A DNA stretch of 64,000 nucleotides. Source: an uncultured Bacteroidota bacterium (GTDB taxonomy: Bacteria; Bacteroidota; Bacteroidia; Bacteroidales; JAAUTT01). Of the stretch, positions 50,218 through 59,933 are shown in pieces (position 1 is the stretch's first letter; each line of letters opens with the position of its first letter). The notes under the pieces are model-generated. The model ran no database searches, was not told the origin of the DNA, and was given only the letters and a program-made list of their open reading frames with translations. The stretch spans positions 199,592-263,591 of the forward strand of contig CAWJWO010000002.1 of NCBI GenBank assembly GCA_963846585.1. Direction: 5' to 3'. Made by a program: the position numbers and the translations under genes.

Positions 50218-51781
50218 AATTCTTCTATAATTTCCTTTTTGATTGGACAAAAGTGAATATAACCTAAAGGTATTTTTATATAATTTCTAAGATGATTGAA
50301 ATATTTAATAAATTCTTCATCTGGTTTAACATTTGAAACTAGTACAAGCTTTTCTGCATGTTTATTTTCAGGAAACAACAATATTCCAACAATTGACCAA
50401 GTGCGTTTCGCAAACTGGTAAGAAGTTGATTATATGTTTTGATCTCATAAAATACATAACCGTTTGACGTTTCCCTTACAATATCAATTTTGTTGTAGCC
50501 CCATGCCCTACATTCTCTCTTTACTTTTTTCTTTCCATACTGTTTTTGTAGATAACAAAGAAATTTTTCTTCAATATCATTATGACTTAAGTCAACTTCG
50601 ATTTCTTTTTTAATCGAACGCTTAATAGACTCTTTCTTAAGATTACCTTCTGTGGTACCAGTTTCATCAAATGAAAAATATTTTTTAGTTTCAGTTAAAA
50701 TCTCTTCAATTTGAGAAGTATCTTCCAGATTTAGTAGAACATACCTAGAGGATGAAATTAATCCATTTCCTTTATCAATTGGGATTATTTCATCAGGTAA
50801 GTAATTTATTTCTTCTATTTTAAATCGAATATTAAACAAAGGATTATTTTGAACCCATTCATTTAAAAAGTTTCTACCCTTATCTGAGACGGAGAGTAAA
50901 TCAACTACCATTTCCTCTAACCAGCCATTATTCTTATAAATACCAAGAACTCTTTCAGCTGTTTCTTCATTGATGACTTCTACATTATTTAATGTACCAA
51001 CCCAATATTGTTGTTTTTTATTATCATCTATTGTATATAAGCTTATATTAAAATTCTTACCAATATAACTATCATAAAATTTATATATTGGTTCCAGAAA
51101 ACCATATTTATAACCATCTATCGACTTTGAACTATCAAATAACCATTCCTCATGACCATAACCATAAGTATGCTCGAAACTTTCATTTTTAGATTTTCCA
51201 TCTCTCCCTGATGGTTTTATCCAACCTTTAGAATTCCATGTAATTCTTGAAATTTTATGTTCTATATTTAAACTTGGATTATTGATGCAATCATTTAAAG
51301 CTTGAATAGCTTCTGGTTGTTTAGATTCCAATAATTGAAGCACTTTAAATAATCCAAAACTATAATTATCAATATTCGTAAATGTGGCCGGATTATTATG
51401 TGTTTCTAAATCATGTTGAAAGGGTTTATCTAGTTTATGAATATATTTAACCTTAATTGCGGGATAATCTTTATTATCAAGCTTAATATATGGGCCTTTG
51501 AAATTATATTCTGTTAATGCTATGGCTATACCATAGTAATTAAATTTATCAAGGACAAATATTAAATCTCCTTTCCTTAATTTAGTGACCCAAGGAATAA
51601 TAGAATTTTTACCACTATCTATCTCATTTATATTCTTAGTATAATTAATTTCTGAATTTAACCATAAGAAACTTAGCAAGTTAGTATTTTTAAGAATTTG
51701 CCACTTCGAGGAGTCTGCGCAACGCCAGATATTATGGAATTGTGTTCTAATTTTTTCTTCAAGAATATGAATAGTATTCAT
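50214..51781 (-). pseudogene. R-M-embedded gene Y: unknown N-terminal domains plus a C-terminal PD-(D/E)xK nuclease-like motif. Frameshifted near 50371-50380.
   Basis: The ORF track gives 50339-51781 (480 aa). The KIDIV...VFYEIK...QLLEY pattern is PD-(D/E)xK-like. After a -1 shift the frame continues FPENKHAEKLVLVSNVKPDEEFIKYFNHLRNYIKIPLGYIHFCPIKKEIIEEL*, ending in an ATGA overlap with hsdM. Confidence 0.55.
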
Positions 51782-51793
51782 AAATAAAAACTT

Positions 51794-53032
51794 TCAAATA
51801 AGTTTCCCCTCAAAAGCCTTCTTCAATATACTCTTTCTCAATGATTCTACCTGATCCAAACTTTGGCTTATGGTTTCTTCTATTTTGTCGCAAACAGTGA
51901 GTTTGCTTTCAAGTTCTGAGACAATGAGTCGTTGTTCATCAAGAGAACAATAAGGAAACTCAATTTGCTTAATTCTTTCTTGACCTATATTTCTCATTGA
52001 TTCCTGATTTCCAGTTGACAATCTCTGAATTTCTTTCCTTCCTTTTCTACTTCTTAAATAGGATAGAATATAAGGATTTAAAACAACAGATTTAAATTTA
52101 AATCTCAGTGTTTTATCACTAAGCATTAATTGTCTTTGAATATTACTAACAATAACAACTGCACCAATTAAATCAAGCGTATTTGCTCTACTAAAAAGGA
52201 AATCATCTTTTACCACCAAGTATGCTTTATTAAATCTTTCTTTGTCAAATATAGTTTTGCTTTCATTTTCATTGAAAACTTGCCAAGTAACTGCACTAAC
52301 TTTAAGTACTCCAACTTCATTTAAATTCGGTGTCCTTTCATCACACTTAAAACTTTTTCCAGCTTCTATTTTATCTAGTACGTCTCCTAAACATTTTATA
52401 GACCACTCTTTTGGCATCTCACCATCCTTCACCTCTTTATTGGTAAGCTTTCCTTCAAAGGCCGCCTTTAATAAACTTTGCCGGTAAACCTTTAATTGCT
52501 GCTGAGCGGTTATCAGTTTTTGTTTGCCGTTATCTAAATCGCTGAGTAGTTCTTCTATTTTGGAAACAATGGCTTGCTGTTCGGGGAGTGGAGGAATAAT
52601 AAAAGGTATATCAACTAAGTTGCTTTTTGTTAATTTCAAACGAGTCGTACCATTTACAAATTCTCTATAATTAATAGAATTAAGATAATAAAGAGCAAAA
52701 TCATCTGAAAGATATTGTGCTTTTCCTTTCAGAATATGGGCATGATTGTTTACCCAGGTTTTACCTTTAATTTTATATGCTTTATTTTTATAATTATCCA
52801 AAAATGGAGCACCGTCTTCTCCAATTAATAAATATTCGCCATTAGTTAAATAGCAATCTATCCAACCTACTTGACCAGTAGCTCCATAGTAAGGGAAAAG
52901 TTCACTTTGACTTTTCCCAGCAATTCTTTGTTGCCGTTCTATTAAATTTACTGGCTTTCGTAAATTATCCAGAATTTCACAAACTGCTCCAAGTTTCATA
53001 ATTTGCCAATGTTTTGGAATACTATTCTTCAT
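51794..53032 (-). CDS. hsdS: Type I R-M specificity subunit HsdS (two target-recognition domains).
   Basis: Duplicated conserved spacer regions (LPEQQAIVSKIEELLSDLD... and LDEQRLIVSELESKL...KKAFEGKLI), typical of HsdS. Confidence 0.85.
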   Translation of the reverse strand: MKNSIPKHWQIMKLGAVCEILDNLRKPVNLIERQQRIAGKSQSELFPYYGATGQVGWIDCYLTNGEYLLIGEDGAPFLDNYKNKAYKIKGKTWVNNHAHILKGKAQYLSDDFALYYLNSINYREFVNGTTRLKLTKSNLVDIPFIIPPLPEQQAIVSKIEELLSDLDNGKQKLITAQQQLKVYRQSLLKAAFEGKLTNKEVKDGEMPKEWSIKCLGDVLDKIEAGKSFKCDERTPNLNEVGVLKVSAVTWQVFNENESKTIFDKERFNKAYLVVKDDFLFSRANTLDLIGAVVIVSNIQRQLMLSDKTLRFKFKSVVLNPYILSYLRSRKGRKEIQRLSTGNQESMRNIGQERIKQIEFPYCSLDEQRLIVSELESKLTVCDKIEETISQSLDQVESLRKSILKKAFEGKLI

Positions 53033-55355
53033 TCTTTTCTCTTAAGTTCTCTGGAATAATTAAATGTTCAATAAATTTACTTTTGTTTGTTTGATAGAAC
53101 TTTGAGACAAAAATTGGAATGAAAATTGCTTGATAAATTGTTAATAACAATAATATTCCTTTTAATACAGGGTTTGCCAAAAAAGTATCAAGATTTTTTC
53201 CGTCTGGATTATTTGGGAATATTGATAATTCGTTTAGAATTAAATAAGTAGAAAGAAACATTACAGGAAGAAAAAGAATCCAAATAAATGATCTAAAACG
53301 CCACCAAAATATTTTCCTATATATGTATTTAGCTCTTGGTATTTTCCTTTGTTCATTTTTCAAAGCAATATTTTCCTTACTTTTATTAAGTAATTTTAAT
53401 ATTGTGGCATCTAATTTTCTTTGTATTTCAGCAGTTTCAAAATTTAGAGTAGGTGAAATTATTGTTGTTGTAGTTCTATATTCCAGTGTTTTTATTTGTT
53501 TTTGAAGTTGATTTATTGCAGAATTTAGTAAAATTACATCAGTTTCTTTTTGTTCATTTTGCGTTTTAAGTCTTTCTTTATCTTCTTTTTCAAATCTAGT
53601 TTGTTCTGTTAATTTTTCTAATTCCTCTTTAGTTACTCTAACTTCATTTTCCTTTTGAGCTAAAATAGTATTTAGTTCTGATTCAAAAAATTGTTCGCTA
53701 TTAAATTCTTGTTTAGAATTTTCTTGGTGAAAATTCTCCATGAAAAGTTTTTCTGAAATTAAATTCAATAAAACACTTTCATTGTCAATTCCATGTTTTT
53801 TTAAATAGCTTGCAACTTTAATTATATCATTTGATTTTTGCGTATCTTTATGAAAACCCCTGGATGACACTGCTTTAATAAAGGCTTTTTTATAATCAGG
53901 AGTTTTAATTGGTAAAAGTTTTACCAATCTATTTAATAAAAAAGATGGACGGAAAAAAGTTGGGTAATTAGTAATCTCTTGTGAATTAATTTTTTGATTA
54001 TCATATTTTAATAATAATCCATCTAACGTTAATCCAAAATATTTAACTTCATTAAATGTTTTAATTTCATCTTTATTGAATGATCTTCTTGAGTTTAAAA
54101 TTAACTCTCTTAATACTATATCATGATTAATTTGTGAATCCGAACGAAAATGAGGTCTGAAGAAAGTGTGATTTTTTTTTGAAAATTCTAATCGAGTCTC
54201 ATTAATACAATCTATATAGCGTTTATATTCTACTATTTTTTCATTTATGTAATTATCTCCTAAGGAGTCAATTTGTTTTTTATTTCTAGAAATTAAAATG
54301 CCTGCTTTTGGTAAAGTTATTTCAGCTAAATCAATAATTTTAGTAGGATGAATTGTTTCTGCTCTATTAAATAATAAATCTGAATAATATTTTTTTGCAA
54401 ATTCATCTAATTCATCTGATTTTAATATAGCTCTTATTGCAGAATCAGTTAGTGTTTCGTCCAAGTTGATAAAATCGATCTTCTTATGTCTTAATTCTTT
54501 TAAAGTAAGTTCCGAATACCGAAATTGAATTTTAATAATATCCTTATTAAGTACAATAAGCTTGATAAGTTCTTTAGATGCCTCATTTTCAACATTTGCA
54601 TGAAGGTTAAGAATTGAGAAAAGAAAATTTGTATCTAAATAAAGTGTCCAATCAATTAATTCTTTATCTAAATCTTGACTAGCTTGTTCAGGACTGAGAC
54701 CTAATGAAGCAAATGAAAGAGTCTTTTGACCAATATCATCAATGAAATCTAAATCTTCTTTTGTAGCATAATCAGGAAATAAATCAACTGCAATTTTGAA
54801 TATTTCTGTTAAGTTCGGGTTTTTTAATTTAATTATTGCATCATTAAATACTTCTCTGTAATTTAAATTAGCAGATTCCTGCCTAACATTTTTTGGATGT
54901 AAAAATTCAATAGCATTTATTCCATAAAGGAAAAAACAGCCATAAAAATAATCTTTGAGAGTATCCCAAAGTAACTTAATGTCATCATCTTTAAGTATAC
55001 TTTGAGATTTTTCATTAATAAAATTTTTAAAGTTCTGAAATCTAATTATTTCACTTGTTCTAAGTTTTGCACCAAGAGAAATTAACTTTTCTTTTTCATC
55101 ATCTACTAATGAATATTGTGATTTAATATTTTGAACAATTTCATTACCATCAAGAAGTGTTTTAAAAATAGTGTCGAACTCTGTATCATATAAGGATATA
55201 TCATAAATAATATCAATATTTTCTTTTAATTCACTAATTGAAATGGGATCTTTACTTTCTAAAAGAGTCGTTCTTATAATAGATTTAATGCTATCTTCTC
55301 GAGTTTCTGAAGCAGACAAACTAAGTGTAGTTAATATTTTAGTTACATTTTTCAT
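53022..55355 (-). CDS. R-M-embedded gene X: 777-aa protein with a PIN-like motif, a long coiled coil and two C-terminal TM helices.
   Basis: WTLYLDTNFLFSIL (aa ~236-249; D241 at ~54633-54635). Coiled-coil-like segment at aa ~575-645 (EELEKLTEQTRFEKEDKERLKTQNEQKE...). Hydrophobic helices FIWILFLPVMFLSTYLIL and ILLLLTIYQAIFIPIFV. Overlaps the hsdS start by 11 nt. Confidence 0.6.
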   Translation of the reverse strand: MKNVTKILTTLSLSASETREDSIKSIIRTTLLESKDPISISELKENIDIIYDISLYDTEFDTIFKTLLDGNEIVQNIKSQYSLVDDEKEKLISLGAKLRTSEIIRFQNFKNFINEKSQSILKDDDIKLLWDTLKDYFYGCFFLYGINAIEFLHPKNVRQESANLNYREVFNDAIIKLKNPNLTEIFKIAVDLFPDYATKEDLDFIDDIGQKTLSFASLGLSPEQASQDLDKELIDWTLYLDTNFLFSILNLHANVENEASKELIKLIVLNKDIIKIQFRYSELTLKELRHKKIDFINLDETLTDSAIRAILKSDELDEFAKKYYSDLLFNRAETIHPTKIIDLAEITLPKAGILISRNKKQIDSLGDNYINEKIVEYKRYIDCINETRLEFSKKNHTFFRPHFRSDSQINHDIVLRELILNSRRSFNKDEIKTFNEVKYFGLTLDGLLLKYDNQKINSQEITNYPTFFRPSFLLNRLVKLLPIKTPDYKKAFIKAVSSRGFHKDTQKSNDIIKVASYLKKHGIDNESVLLNLISEKLFMENFHQENSKQEFNSEQFFESELNTILAQKENEVRVTKEELEKLTEQTRFEKEDKERLKTQNEQKETDVILLNSAINQLQKQIKTLEYRTTTTIISPTLNFETAEIQRKLDATILKLLNKSKENIALKNEQRKIPRAKYIYRKIFWWRFRSFIWILFLPVMFLSTYLILNELSIFPNNPDGKNLDTFLANPVLKGILLLLTIYQAIFIPIFVSKFYQTNKSKFIEHLIIPENLREKNEE

Positions 55356-55376
55356 ATAAGACTTAATAAAATAAAA

Positions 55377-58220
55377 TTATGCTGATAAAGCTTCATTTAA
55401 TTCGCTTATAATATATTCTGTCTGTTCTCCAAATAATTCCCACATCCTACCAATTCCGCCTTTTGCATTAAAAGGATTTAAATCAAAATCGTCCTTTTCA
55501 ATATGGAAACTGTTTAAAATATAATCTTTAATCATTCGTAACCATTGTATTTGTTCTTCTGAAAATTTTGGAGCATTACCTGCTTGTTTATTAAAAACCC
55601 ATGTCTGGAAATTTTTATCGACTGTTTTATCATAAGATGTGATGATGTTATCTATCCCACATCCTTTACGAATAAGAGAGACAATAGCGGTTAATTCATT
55701 TATTGGTGAGCCATTGCATTTTTCCAAGGTTTCATGAGCTCGCCAAACATTCATTGGTGCCAAAAGGGGTTTATCTTGTTGAAGTTTCTCCAAAACCGCT
55801 TTTATCATGACATAAGTGAGTTCCCTCCTTCGGAATGGTTCATTATAAAAAATCTGCAATGCCATCAATTTATCTTTATTTTGAGATATCCATTCAGCAA
55901 AACTTTTTACTATTTCATATGCCTTGTCTTTATTATCCTTTGCCCAGCCAACATTGATGATTTCATCAGGATTAGAAGAATCGATTTTCTGTTCGTGGGC
56001 CTTCCGCACATTTTCAATATATTCATTAAGTTCACCATTGAACACCTTGGCAGCTTCTTCTATTAATTTAGAATTTCTGATTTTGAATTCTTTATCGATA
56101 TCAATAGGTGCTGACCCCAGCATCTCTCTGTTAACTTGCATTTTTAAATCTTCAACCACATCAGGATTAAAAGCCTTTAACAATTCTTTTACAACCTGTG
56201 AAATGCTTTTACCATTTGCTTTTTCTGCAAATTTGACTTTTTCTTTCTCAGTTATTTGCTTGTCAAATCGTGACAGCCGGTTAGCAAGTGAGGTGAACAA
56301 ATCTTCATCTCGTACACCTACGGCAATGGCCTGAAGTAAATCTTTCAACGGAACCCCTGGCTTTTTTTCCAATGGTCTGCTGTCAGTTTTCAAGCTTCTG
56401 GTAACTCCAATGGCATCTACAATTACAAAATGATCTTTGGTGTATTTCGCAGTAGGAGTGACTTTACGCAAATTATCCAGATCAATTGTTCGTGTACCCC
56501 GACCCTTCATCTGTTCGAAATAATTTTTACTTTTAACATCACGCATAAACAACAAGCATTCCAATGGTTTAACATCAGTACCAGTGGCAATCATATCGAC
56601 TGTCACTGCAATGCGTGGATAATATGAATTGCGAAAGTCGGACAAAGTACCTTTCGGGTTTTCTCCCTTTTCTATAATATTGTCATAAGAATCTCTGCGG
56701 TCTTTTTCTGAATTATAAGTAATTTTTTTACAAAAACGGTTTTCTTCAGCAAATTCTTCTCTTACAATTTGAATAATATCATCAGCATGACTGTCAGTCT
56801 TTGCAAAAATTAAAGTTTTAGGTATTTCAAAAACTCCATTTAGGTCAAATCTGTCATTAAAAATAATCGGAAGATGTTCTTTAAAAGTTCTTATAATAAT
56901 CCTTATTTGATTGGGGTTTACAACATTTTTATCCAGTTGTTGGCTGGAATAATTTTCATCTTCATCCTGCAACTCCATGCGCTTTTTACGGCTCAACCTT
57001 TCACGCAGTTCAACATATTCACCCTGCCAAAAAGTACCTCCTTGTTGTGTAATTTTTGTATCGATAATATATACGTCATAGCCCACATTTACACCATCTG
57101 CAACTGCCATTTCATGTGAATATTCCGATACAACATTTTGCTGAAAATAAGCAAAAGTTCTGGCATCGGGTGTTGCAGTTAGTCCAATTTCAAAGGCATC
57201 GTAATATTCTAATACCTGAGTCCACAAGTTATAAATGCTTCGGTGACATTCATCAATTACAATGAAATCGAAAAACTCTATTGGCATTTTCGAATCATAT
57301 TCTATTGGAGGGATTTCCTTAGGTTGCCACTTATGTTCGTTTGGGTTTTCTTCTTCAAGTTTTTCATCCAACTCCGTTCCTTTTAAAATGGAATAAAGCC
57401 GTTGTATTGTACTGATGCAAACTTGACTATCAGTTGCAATATAACTTGACTTTAATCGCTGGACATTATATAATTCGGTGAATTTTCTATTATCGTCATT
57501 TGGTAAATAAGACATAAATTCCTGTTCAGCTTGTTCCCCCAGATTTTTAGTATCTACTAAAAAAAGTACCCGTTTAGCTTTAGAATATTTGAGTAAACGA
57601 TAAATAAAGGTAATTGCTGTAAAAGTTTTTCCAGCACCTGTAGCCATTTGAATTAATGCCTTAGGGTGGTATTGTTTAAAAGAAGTTTCTAAATTTTGAA
57701 TGGCGTTGATTTGACAATCCCTTAATCCTTCAGTTTGCAGGGCTGGTAAATCGAACAATCTTTTGCGAAGGGATTTTCCTGTTTTCTTCCAGTCTCTTAA
57801 GGTTTCTGGTTGATGGAAACTGAATATTTCCCTTGATCGTGGTTTTGGATCGGTATAGTCGGTAAATCTTGTTATTTCCCCTGTACTAAGATAAACATAT
57901 TGTAAAGGTTCATTATTTAAATATTTAAGTTTAGCATGAGCATATTCTTCACTTTGACTTTCGTGAACATTCATGCGATGACCTTCTTCTTCTCTTTTAG
58001 CTTCAACTATGCCTATTGGTTTACTTTCAACAAATAAAATATAATCGGCTGGGCCAACATCCGTATAATATTCTTTTACAGCTACACCAATACCTGCAAG
58101 AAGATTTACCTTTTTTACTTCCTGAATTATCCAGCCAGCAGTTATAAGCTGTCTGTCAATATGATCTCTGGCGACTTGTTCCGGATTCTGGTTAATCATG
58201 GCCTCTATTGGTAATATCAA
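55377..58220 (-). CDS. hsdR: Type I R-M restriction subunit HsdR (helicase/nuclease).
   Basis: N-terminal HsdR-type region (DHIDRQLITAGW), Walker A QMATGAGKT, DECH box. The likely true start is ATG at 58199 (MINQNPEQ). Confidence 0.9.
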   Translation of the reverse strand: MILPIEAMINQNPEQVARDHIDRQLITAGWIIQEVKKVNLLAGIGVAVKEYYTDVGPADYILFVESKPIGIVEAKREEEGHRMNVHESQSEEYAHAKLKYLNNEPLQYVYLSTGEITRFTDYTDPKPRSREIFSFHQPETLRDWKKTGKSLRKRLFDLPALQTEGLRDCQINAIQNLETSFKQYHPKALIQMATGAGKTFTAITFIYRLLKYSKAKRVLFLVDTKNLGEQAEQEFMSYLPNDDNRKFTELYNVQRLKSSYIATDSQVCISTIQRLYSILKGTELDEKLEEENPNEHKWQPKEIPPIEYDSKMPIEFFDFIVIDECHRSIYNLWTQVLEYYDAFEIGLTATPDARTFAYFQQNVVSEYSHEMAVADGVNVGYDVYIIDTKITQQGGTFWQGEYVELRERLSRKKRMELQDEDENYSSQQLDKNVVNPNQIRIIIRTFKEHLPIIFNDRFDLNGVFEIPKTLIFAKTDSHADDIIQIVREEFAEENRFCKKITYNSEKDRRDSYDNIIEKGENPKGTLSDFRNSYYPRIAVTVDMIATGTDVKPLECLLFMRDVKSKNYFEQMKGRGTRTIDLDNLRKVTPTAKYTKDHFVIVDAIGVTRSLKTDSRPLEKKPGVPLKDLLQAIAVGVRDEDLFTSLANRLSRFDKQITEKEKVKFAEKANGKSISQVVKELLKAFNPDVVEDLKMQVNREMLGSAPIDIDKEFKIRNSKLIEEAAKVFNGELNEYIENVRKAHEQKIDSSNPDEIINVGWAKDNKDKAYEIVKSFAEWISQNKDKLMALQIFYNEPFRRRELTYVMIKAVLEKLQQDKPLLAPMNVWRAHETLEKCNGSPINELTAIVSLIRKGCGIDNIITSYDKTVDKNFQTWVFNKQAGNAPKFSEEQIQWLRMIKDYILNSFHIEKDDFDLNPFNAKGGIGRMWELFGEQTEYIISELNEALSA

Positions 58221-58368
58221 TTCATTGATAATTTTACGATTGATTGATCAAAAGAGTATTTCTCAGAATAATAACATGCTAAGTTAGTTAAACTAAAATA
58301 AAAATGGTTCTAGAATTATAGATTTCTATAATTCAAAATTCATTTTAATAGTTTAAAACCATTAAACC

Positions 58369-58749
58369 TTAAAATAACCTTAACTGAGTTATATGTTTAG
58401 GATAAAAGGTACCAATTATTATAAAAGGATTTTTTTTTAAAACGATCTTCCTTCTTTCAAACCATGCATCACCATCAGGCGGAATATTACCAATAACGTT
58501 AATAGGGGTGTCATGAGAAACAGACCGAAAACTTTCAAGCCGCTTATCCTTTGGATTTTTAATCAAGTCTATTTTAATCCATTCATATTTAGAATATTGC
58601 TCATGATATAATTTCTTACGAAATTGGATTGGATAAATTCGAATCCAGGTTCCATCCTAACGAAAGCCTGCAGTGCAAACAATTTCTTCATATTTTGTTG
58701 AAATTGTAGGGTAGGTTTTAACAGTTATCAGGACTTTGGTTAAGGGCAT
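58369..58749 (-). pseudogene. Truncated hypothetical gene with an in-frame TAG (58657-58659).
   Basis: Minus-strand translation from ATG 58749: MPLTKVLITVKTYPTISTKYEEIVCTAGFR*DGTWIRIYPIQFRKKLYHEQ... runs in frame into the called 65-aa ORF. Confidence 0.5.
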
Positions 58750-58750
58750 A

Positions 58751-59567
58751 TTAAATATGTTTCAATTGGTATTTAAAGCCTGGTAACCTGGATAGTGACT
58801 CAGCTAAATGTTTCCTGTGACATTGATTTATATTTGCCTCAAAACATGTTAATGCGATTCGTTTTTTATCTTTTAATAATACTAACAATTTTTCCTGTAT
58901 ACTCAATGTTTGTTGTAAAACATCGACATGATATGATTTAAACAAATTGTCATAATCAATTTGAGTATATAATTCTTGCCGTTTGTCAGAGTCAATCCCA
59001 AATTCCGGAATATGTAAATATTTAATATTAACACCTTCACAAGCTTTTTGTAATTGTGATTTACTAAATCCATATTTCATGCTAACAAGAGTTTTTACGT
59101 ACATCACAAAGAACTTTAATATTGTTTTTAATAAGTTTATTTAAGTATTCTTCTAAGGACGTACCCTCGTAACCAATAGTATATAAACCAGTATCATTAT
59201 ATTTTGGCTGTGCTTCCAATATTCTTTGATATTCATCCTGGTTAAGTATATCTTTAGCTATAGTGCTATTGATAGCCAAATAAGGGAAATTTATATAAGT
59301 GTATTTTATTAACTCATCAGTATTTTTACTTCCAAATTGTAACTTAATATATCGAATAGCTTGCATGGCCCTTTCTTTAAGACTTGATAAGAAATTTGCA
59401 TGATCTATTTTTACCCAGCTATTACCATCAACTGCAACTTGATTATATTTAGTCATTGTAGTTAAATCAGCATTTGCCTGGAAAGAAAAACAACCAAACT
59501 TATAAGGAATAAAATAATAATCAGGGTTAAGCTGTTGATTAACAGTTAACATTAATAGTTTTTGCAA
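58751..59567 (-). pseudogene. DUF488-family protein with an extra N-terminal domain, split by a frameshift in a homopolymer.
   Basis: LYTIGYEGTSLEEYLNKLIKNNIKVLCDVRKNS (end of the 161-aa ORF) plus SMKYGFSKSQL...LTCFEANINQCHRKHL (118-aa ORF) form one DUF488 pattern. The frames join at the T5 run 59092-59096. Confidence 0.6.
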
Positions 59568-59632
59568 CCTAATTTTTTCAAGTATGTTTTCGAAAACCTC
59601 TAAAAGAGCTAATATTAATTTACGCCTTTAAT

Positions 59633-59933
59633 ACATATTACAAAAATATGAAATTGTGCGGATATTTTAATAGTTATTTATATTAGTTAATTGATTAATA
59701 ATCGCCTTAGTAACGCAATCCTTTATACTTATATTAGAATCCAACGATTTTAGTTTAATCTTTTTCATTAACGATTTTGGAATCCAAACATTCAATTGAA
59801 CTTCTGCTTCCATATTCCCTACCGGGAATATACGGCGATCCCGTTTTGGAGGTGCTAAAATCGAAAAGCAACCTGACGGTTTTTGTCTTTTCAATCGTCG
59901 CTTATGAAAGTAAACTTTCATCGCTTGATTTAA
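59633..59933. repeat. 301-bp direct repeat, copy A (downstream flank of the group II intron). Contains an intact 84-aa ORF.
   Basis: Identical to 61848-62148 except for one mismatch (59927 g vs 62142 t). Confidence 0.9.
59667..59921 (-). CDS. Small putative ribbon-helix-helix protein (copy A).
   Basis: The segment VQLNVWIPKSLMKKIKLKSLDSNISIKDCVTKAIINQL fits a beta-strand/helix/helix RHH pattern. The internal Met (MEAEVQ) may be the true start. Confidence 0.35.
   Translation of the reverse strand: MKVYFHKRRLKRQKPSGCFSILAPPKRDRRIFPVGNMEAEVQLNVWIPKSLMKKIKLKSLDSNISIKDCVTKAIINQLTNINNY

Noticed and set aside
50218-50250. Upstream Met (MSNQKGNYRRI...) as the hsdM start, as given in the ORF track.
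   Set aside because: The second Met gives a typical HsdM N-terminus and an ATGA overlap with the restored frame of gene Y. The 11 extra codons lie inside that restored frame. The upstream start is kept only as an alternative.
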